64,000 nucleotides of DNA from an uncultured Acidobacteriota bacterium. Its GTDB lineage: Bacteria; Acidobacteriota; Thermoanaerobaculia; UBA5066. The position numbers were made by a program, and so were the translations under genes. This document shows, in pieces, positions 57,944 to 64,000 of the stretch; the stretch's first letter is position 1; every line of letters starts with the position of its first letter. The stretch is from positions 1,600,001 to 1,664,000 of the forward strand of contig CAVZYA010000001.1 in the NCBI GenBank assembly GCA_963779415.1. The letters are read 5' to 3'. The notes under the pieces are model-generated. The model was not told the DNA's origin and made no database searches. It saw only the letters and a list, made by a program, of their open reading frames with translations.

Positions 57944-58944
57944 GGGAGCGGATCCCCGATGCCGCCGTCGTCCTCCTCGCCGGACCCGGAAGCCGCCGGC
58001 TCGAGGCGATGGCCATCGCCGAGGCCGCCCACGTGGTCTGCCGGGCGGGCCACCTTCCGGGCGAGCCGGCCGGGGAGTGCCCCGACTGCCGACGCGTCCG
58101 CCGCAAGGAGCACCCGGACGTGATGGTCGCCGCCCCCGAAAGCGCGCGGCGCGTCAACCCGCCTCCGTTCGAGGAGACTTCCGGCTCGAAGGAGACGACG
58201 ATTCCGACCGCTCTCGTCCGCGCTCTCGCGGCCGACGCGACCCGCCTTCCGTACGAGTCGCAGAGGAGGGCCATCGTCCTGCTCGACGTCGACCGGACCG
58301 AGCCGGCCGCCTACAGCGCCCTCCTCAAGATTCTCGAAGAGCCTCCGTCCCGCGCACGGTTCTTTCTGACGGCGACCCGCCCGCGACTTCTTCCCTCGAC
58401 GATCCTCTCGCGCGTCGCCCTCCACACCGTTCCGGCGCATTCCAGGGTCGCCACGGCCGCGGCTCTTCGCGCCCGCGGCCTCTCCGCCGAGGAGGCCGAC
58501 GCGCGCGCGGCCTTTTTCCCTGCCGACGCCGAGGAAGCCGCCGATCTGAACCTCTCCGAAGAGCGCGAGGTCCGGGACCGGATCCTCGAAGCCGTTTCGG
58601 GGCTCTTCCTCTCCCGCTCCGTCTCGTGGGCTCTCGCACTCGCGGCCGTCCTCTCCGAGGGGGACGGGGACGACGCCGCCTCGCGCCTCGGCCTCCTCGC
58701 GGTCCTTCTCCGCGACGCGGCGGCGGCCGCGGGCGATCCGGCCGGAGCCGGCGTCATCCACCGCGAGCGTCTCGCCGACCTCGCGCGCCTCGGCGCGTCC
58801 GCTCCGCGCGCGCTTCTCGACGCCGCCGAGCGCGCCCTCGTCCTCGCCGCCGACTTCGACGGCCCCCGCCTCAACGTCCGCCTCGCCTGCGAGGGGTTCG
58901 CGCTCGGGTTGCTGGCGACGCTAGCCCTACTTCAGACGGCCTGA
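57940..58944 (+). CDS. holB: DNA polymerase III delta' subunit (divergent)
   Basis: Follows tmk (GTGA overlap). C..GECPDC..HPD, ALLKILEEPP, LLPSTILSR. Confidence 0.8.
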   Translation: MRERIPDAAVVLLAGPGSRRLEAMAIAEAAHVVCRAGHLPGEPAGECPDCRRVRRKEHPDVMVAAPESARRVNPPPFEETSGSKETTIPTALVRALAADATRLPYESQRRAIVLLDVDRTEPAAYSALLKILEEPPSRARFFLTATRPRLLPSTILSRVALHTVPAHSRVATAAALRARGLSAEEADARAAFFPADAEEAADLNLSEEREVRDRILEAVSGLFLSRSVSWALALAAVLSEGDGDDAASRLGLLAVLLRDAAAAAGDPAGAGVIHRERLADLARLGASAPRALLDAAERALVLAADFDGPRLNVRLACEGFALGLLATLALLQTA

Positions 58945-58979
58945 CCTTCCGAGTCCGATCTCCGCGGGCCCGGAAGGTC
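58943..58979. terminator. Hairpin between convergent genes (possible bidirectional terminator)
   Basis: GACCTTCCG...CGGAAGGTC inverted repeat; no clear U-tract. Confidence 0.45.
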
Positions 58980-58993
58980 CCGAGATCGCGTCG

Positions 58994-60064
58994 TTACGGG
59001 AAGATGAAGTAGTACGGGTCGTAGATCAGCGTGCGATTTCCCGGCAGACTGTGGTACGTCTGGGACTGCGAGTTGAAGAGATCCTGGACCGTGATCCAGA
59101 ACTCCACGTCCGTGAACGTCGGGATGGCAATCCAGGCATGTCCGTTGGTGGTCGCCGTTTGAATCCGGATGAGGTACTCAAACGTGCCCGGGTCCGTCAG
59201 CCAGAAAGCTCCGGTCGCGTCCGTGAGCGTCGTTCTGTTCAGATCCGACACGACTCCGCCCGCATACTGGTTCTTCCACTGGCTCGTGATGCTGTACCGG
59301 CCGCCGATCAGGCACATCGTTTCCGAGTCTTCCACGCAGGGCACGCCGGAACACGATGATCCGTCGCAAATCACGGCACCCGGGAAGACGATCCAGTCGT
59401 CGTAATACCAGGTCCCTCCCTTGTACTCCCGCAGGTAGAGAAGCGCCCAGTACGCTCCCGCAGGAATCGTGCTCGGATAGAAATAGATCGTCCCGGAATT
59501 GACGTTGCTGTACTGATATCCGGCCGCCAGCGACGATTTCGAGACAGAGTCCGAAAATGACCAGTAGTTCACGGTGGATCCGAAGTCGGGGAGCGGAGAG
59601 ACGAGGATGACCTTGACGTCGAGGGATCCTGTCGAGGTGGACTCGTAGTTCGAGATGTGGTCGACGTGGAAAGAACCGAGACTCCCGGTCCACTGAACGC
59701 TTGCAGCGCCTTCCAGACAGACCGTGCATGCCGACTGGTCGAGGGGCGTCCGCAGGTTGTTTTCCGAGGCCTTTCCCGGCACCGCCGCTTCCCGTTTCAC
59801 GGCCGACTCGGGTGCTTTCGGCGAAGTGGACGAGGACGGAGGCGAGGTCTTCTCGGAAGATGGTGATGAGAGAGCCTGCGACGGGAGATTGGGGTTCGCG
59901 ACCTTTCCGTGGCCCACGAGGGACCCGTCGCCATCCGGCGTTCGTCCCTGGAGCTCGCCCCCCCACGAGAGGGCGCCAGAAATCACGACCGCGATCACGA
60001 TAGGAAGAAGCGAAGGTCGCAGGAACCGACAGGTCCGGTCTCGAGAATAGGAAGACGTTTTCAT
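58994..60064 (-). CDS. Secreted hypothetical protein with Ser/Pro linker, beta-rich domain and conserved 114-aa C-terminal domain
   Basis: SD AGGAG, signal-like segment. C-terminal domain nearly identical to that of the S8 protease at 61781. Confidence 0.8.
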   Translation of the reverse strand: MKTSSYSRDRTCRFLRPSLLPIVIAVVISGALSWGGELQGRTPDGDGSLVGHGKVANPNLPSQALSSPSSEKTSPPSSSTSPKAPESAVKREAAVPGKASENNLRTPLDQSACTVCLEGAASVQWTGSLGSFHVDHISNYESTSTGSLDVKVILVSPLPDFGSTVNYWSFSDSVSKSSLAAGYQYSNVNSGTIYFYPSTIPAGAYWALLYLREYKGGTWYYDDWIVFPGAVICDGSSCSGVPCVEDSETMCLIGGRYSITSQWKNQYAGGVVSDLNRTTLTDATGAFWLTDPGTFEYLIRIQTATTNGHAWIAIPTFTDVEFWITVQDLFNSQSQTYHSLPGNRTLIYDPYYFIFP

Positions 60065-60199
60065 CGTGAAACCCCCTTCTCCTTTGAGTCGAAATCCTTG
60101 AGGCAGCTTCCAGAGAGAAGCGAACAACGCCGCCGATCCACGCGCGAAATGTGGGAAGACTATATACGAGGTTCGGATTGCACTGAGAATCCGTCTCTC

Positions 60200-61751
60200 C
60201 TACGGACGGCAGACGACCAAATAAGGCCCGGCCGTCAGGAGAGTCTTTCCCCCGGCGATTTCATGCCACGTGATGCGGCAGTCGGCCTGGTCGGGCCGGA
60301 CGATCGGGCGCTCCAGGGCGTTGCTGGCGCGATTTACGCTCGACCAGTAGTCCGGAGGCCAGCCGGGAAGACCTCCCTCCAGGGCGATCGGGCTCCCCCG
60401 GCCGAGGCGCTCGTCCAGCGCCGTTCGGAGCCTCGCCAGCGAGACGTAGGACGGATCGCCGAGCTTGCAGTCGACAGCCGGGACCGATCCGTCGAAAAGG
60501 CCTCCGCAAAACGCGCCCAATACCGTCCGGTGAATGCGGCGAACGGAAGCTCGACCGAGGCGGAGAGTGGTTCTTCCTTTCATGTCTTCGGAGTTTTCGG
60601 CCTTCAGGAAGTCCCGCGGCGTGAGCGCGAGGTATTGGAGGCCATAGCTCGGGTAGTGAATCTGGTTCCACGCGATCGCGCCGATCAGGTATGCCATCCC
60701 CCCCACGCGCAAAAGCATCGACTGCCGGGAATACTGCAGGACGGCCTCGATGCCGCTCGCAAGAACGGCGACGACGAACGGGAACAGATAGAAGAGAAGC
60801 CTCTTGTCCGTCCAGTCGTAGAAGAACCCAAAGAAGATCCCGAGGCCCGCGAGCGGAGAGAGAACGGCGAGGCGGAAGTTCGAACCGCCGGGCGGCCGCC
60901 TTCCGGCGAAGCGAAGAAAGCCGACGGCATAAAGCGGCAGGAGCGCAAGACCGAGGAGGGCCGTCCCCGTCAGAAAATAGAATAAAATTGCCCGGCGCCC
61001 ATCCGAGGAGCGCTTCCACCCCGTGCCCCTGAACCTCGGGATGCCGTCGATACTGAAGCCAACGCAGCACCATCCAGGCGGCCACGACCGCCGAACCCGA
61101 TGCGGCGCCAATCCAGAGCGGTCGATGGCGGAGATCTCGTCGCCGAAAGATGAGGACGGCTATGGCGAAGCCGGCCGCCGCCGGAGCCGCCGCATAGTGA
61201 AAGAGAAACCCAAGACCCAGGACGAGCCCGAATGGAATGTACAGCCCGGGGCGGCGCTCGGCCCGGCAGAAGAGAAACGCGGCCAGAACGAGAAACGACG
61301 TTACCCAGACATCGGCGAGGACATATTTCGCCAGGTCCTGCGAATAGTCGTTCGCGTAGAAGACCCATGCCGCAATCGCCGCGACCGATGGAGGAAAGGC
61401 CTCACGCAGCAGCCTGTAGAGAACGAGAGCCGTCAGCCCGAGCACGACGAACGAAACGACGGGGAGCCACGAGAGAAGGTCCATCCGGACGAGGAGGGCG
61501 ATGACGAGAGGGAGGCCGGGCGGCCGGAAGCTCGGCCGGATCGGCGCTCCCGCCCAGTAGAGCCCGTTGTTGATCCAGTCGTACGAGTCCGGCGAGAGAT
61601 ACGGATAGCACCAGTTGAGATCGGCCACGTAGAGCGAGCGGGCGACAGGAACAGTCCCAGCCACGCCCGCCGCGAGGAGGAGAGACGGCAGGTACCTGTT
61701 GAGAGCGCGCTCGAACCCCGACGGCGGAATTCAGCCGATCCGGTTCAGACA
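60200..61751 (-). CDS. GT-C (ArnT/PMT-like, GT39/83-type) membrane glycosyltransferase; frameshift at ~60985, start uncertain
   Basis: SPDSYDW...RPPGLP..I early loop motif and many TMs. ORFs 60261-61664 and 60200-61111 join by one T in AATTTTA. Confidence 0.65.
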
Positions 61752-61780
61752 CGCAGGTACTGCCGAGACCGGACGATATC

Positions 61781-64000
61781 CTAGGGGTAGACAAAGAAGT
61801 ACGGATCGTAGATGAGCGTCCGGTTCCCCGGCGCGCTGTGGTAGGTCTTGTACTGCCCGTTCGTCATATCCTCCACGAGGATCGAGAACTCCACATCAGT
61901 GAACGTCGGGATTGCGATCCAGGCTCGCCCGTTGGTAGTTGCGGTCTGGATCCGAATCAGGTACTCGAACGTGCTCGGATCCGTCAGCCAGAACGCTCCC
62001 GTGGCATCCGTAATGGTCGTCCTGTTCAGAGTGGACACCGCACCGCCTGCATACTGATTCGTCCATTGGCTCGTGACCCGATATCGACCGCCTACCAAGC
62101 ACATGGTGTGCGCACCAGCCGTGCACACGCTCGGACTCCCGCCACCCACCGCTTTCAATGCCGCGAGCGCGTCCACTTTGCCGCTGCCCCACGTCAGGTT
62201 CGGGACGGAGCCTGTGAACGAGTCGTGCCGCGCCGTCTGCTGCAGCGCCAAGAGAGCTTGTGCGGGCGTCAGCGAGTGGTTCGCCTGAAGCATCAGTGCC
62301 ACGACGCCAGCAACGTGGGGCGCGGCCATGCTCGTCCCCTGGTCGACGCGGTAGTACCCGCCGAGGACAATGTTCGGGCGGACGCCGCTGTCGTTCGGAT
62401 CCAGAGAGCTGCTGAGGGGCGCGACGATGAACATGCCCGGCGCTGCGATGTCGGGCTTTTGTCGGCCGTCGCGCGTTGGCCCGAGGGATGAAAAGCAGGC
62501 GATCTGGTTCACAAAGATGTCGGGAGTCGAGTAGCACCAGCTGGCCGGACTCTGCGTGGCGCCGTCGATGTCCGTCCAATGGGTTTTCGTACTGTATGCG
62601 GCCACTGCAATGAGTCCGTTCGCCGTGGCCGGAATGCCCACCGTCATCGAGGTGTCTCCCGCCAACCATCCGTGGGACGGATCCGATAGAGTGCTGAATT
62701 TCCCCCCGGAGTACACCCATGCGTCGATGCGGCTCGATCCGAAGGTGTAGAGTTCCCACACGGCTTTCGTGAAGTCGACGCCGGAAACGCCGTTGTTCGA
62801 CACCGACACGACGAACTGGGTCAAGCCTCCGCTCGAGAAGGTGCCGTCGATCTTGGCGTAACCGACCATCGTCCCGGAACAGGACATCGTCGTCTGGGGG
62901 GTCGCGTAACCAGTCGTCACCGGGCCGATGCCGTTGCAATAGGTCGTCGACCCGCCGGACGTCATCTTGCTCACGAGTCCGACCGAGACGCCGGGCGGCG
63001 CAACCAGGATGACGCCGAGGCTCGTCGCCGAGCTCGACGGAAGGATGTCCGTGGAGATCCCCGAAACGTAGTCGGTCCCCTGCGTCGTGTAACCGAGGTG
63101 AATCGGCCACGCGCCGTCGTTCCCGGCGCTGACGGAGAGGATCTTTCCGGGGCCGGTCAGGCCCTGGAGGGTCTGTTCGTATGCGCTTGAACCGTCGTGC
63201 GGACCTCCTTGGCTTCCGAGGCTCATGTTGATGGAGACTGGCCGCCCGAGCGCCGCCCCCTTCTGGAAAATGTAGTTGATACCGTCTGCAACATCCGCGC
63301 TGGCAAACGATCCGCTCGAGTCGGTGGTCCGGAGGCCCTTGACGAAGATGATGTTGGCGTTGGGGGCGATCCCGCGATACGTGCCTCCCGAGCGGCTGCC
63401 ATTCCCGGCTACCGTCCCGGACGTGTGGGTCCCGTGTCCGCCCCCTCCCGGGCCGTCGATCTCCTGGCAGAGCCCCGCGTCGATGTCGGCCTTCGTGTAC
63501 TCGTAGCCGTGGGTGAATCCCGAAGGCGGCTTCCCTTCGCGTGACATGTCCCAGAGATAGAGGATCCGGCTCTTTCCGCTTCCATCCTGGAAATCGGGAT
63601 GCGACCAGTCGATCCCGCTATCCAGTACGCCGACAATTACACCGGTCCCGTCATAGGGTTGGGCGAGCCCCGTCCCGGCCTGAACTTGGTCCGCCTTGAT
63701 CTCGGGTCGGCTGGCGTCGAGCGTGGGGTACTGCCAGCGGCTCCCCTCGATGAACCGGGTCTCCGCCCGGGCCGCCAGCGCGCGGACGGCAGAGAGCGGG
63801 ATCGCCCCGACGACGATGCCGGACGTGACGGTCGAGTGGCGCCCTCCCGCAGCCTCGATGGCCCGGAGGGTAGATTCCACGTCATCCGTCCGGACGAAGA
63901 CCTGTGCGAGCGGCTCCGCGAGTCCCTCCTGCTCCAGGGCGACCGGGAGCTCCTCCGGACGGACCTCCACCGCGAGCGGCTGCCTCTGGCTCCACCGCGC
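61781..64000 (-). CDS. S8 (subtilisin-family) serine peptidase, 5' end outside the window
   Basis: VGVLDSG, HGTHTSG, SAGNDG, KPDIAAPG, GTSMAAPHVAG; conserved C-terminal domain. Confidence 0.93.
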   Translation of the reverse strand, partial: ARWSQRQPLAVEVRPEELPVALEQEGLAEPLAQVFVRTDDVESTLRAIEAAGGRHSTVTSGIVVGAIPLSAVRALAARAETRFIEGSRWQYPTLDASRPEIKADQVQAGTGLAQPYDGTGVIVGVLDSGIDWSHPDFQDGSGKSRILYLWDMSREGKPPSGFTHGYEYTKADIDAGLCQEIDGPGGGGHGTHTSGTVAGNGSRSGGTYRGIAPNANIIFVKGLRTTDSSGSFASADVADGINYIFQKGAALGRPVSINMSLGSQGGPHDGSSAYEQTLQGLTGPGKILSVSAGNDGAWPIHLGYTTQGTDYVSGISTDILPSSSATSLGVILVAPPGVSVGLVSKMTSGGSTTYCNGIGPVTTGYATPQTTMSCSGTMVGYAKIDGTFSSGGLTQFVVSVSNNGVSGVDFTKAVWELYTFGSSRIDAWVYSGGKFSTLSDPSHGWLAGDTSMTVGIPATANGLIAVAAYSTKTHWTDIDGATQSPASWCYSTPDIFVNQIACFSSLGPTRDGRQKPDIAAPGMFIVAPLSSSLDPNDSGVRPNIVLGGYYRVDQGTSMAAPHVAGVVALMLQANHSLTPAQALLALQQTARHDSFTGSVPNLTWGSGKVDALAALKAVGGGSPSVCTAGAHTMCLVGGRYRVTSQWTNQYAGGAVSTLNRTTITDATGAFWLTDPSTFEYLIRIQTATTNGRAWIAIPTFTDVEFSILVEDMTNGQYKTYHSAPGNRTLIYDPYFFVYP

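Overview
High-GC bacterial chromosomal segment, most likely Acidobacteriota, class Thermoanaerobaculia. This is inferred from Oar-like TonB-dependent receptors, an acidobacterial VWA protein, a GWxTD-like protein, DUF6526 and a Bacillus/Bacteroidetes-type sdhCAB. I found no rRNA, tRNA, CRISPR array or transposase. From left to right the window holds: an O-methyltransferase remnant; a DUF2089 regulator pair; mdh-sdhCAB; two membrane spermidine-synthase-like fusions, a Na+/H+ antiporter, a HerA-like ATPase and a thioesterase; a ~20-kb envelope cluster; arfB/yciH/HI0933 flavoprotein; lipid genes; pepQ-aguA-aguB; a minus-strand signalling block; tmk-holB; and two secreted proteins. The envelope cluster is built from an internal duplication of [promoter + conserved structured leader + TonB-dependent receptor + terminator + Thr-nucleophile sulfatase-like/TPR lipoprotein], plus VWA, TPR and GWxTD-like genes. 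The signalling block has a PDZ-membrane PP2C, a TPR protein, a GAF sigma54 activator with GVATGV, a sigma54 promoter, a small membrane protein, RsbW/STAS/PP2C partner-switch genes, a double aspartyl protease, a lipoprotein-like PIMT, an FG-GAP protein and a PAP2. The two secreted proteins (one an S8 protease) share a near-identical 114-aa C-terminal domain and flank a GT-C glycosyltransferase. Many genes look leaderless and two may start at ATT. Several frameshifts, most in homopolymer or dinucleotide runs, probably reflect assembly errors. All calls are by eye from motifs; no database search was run.
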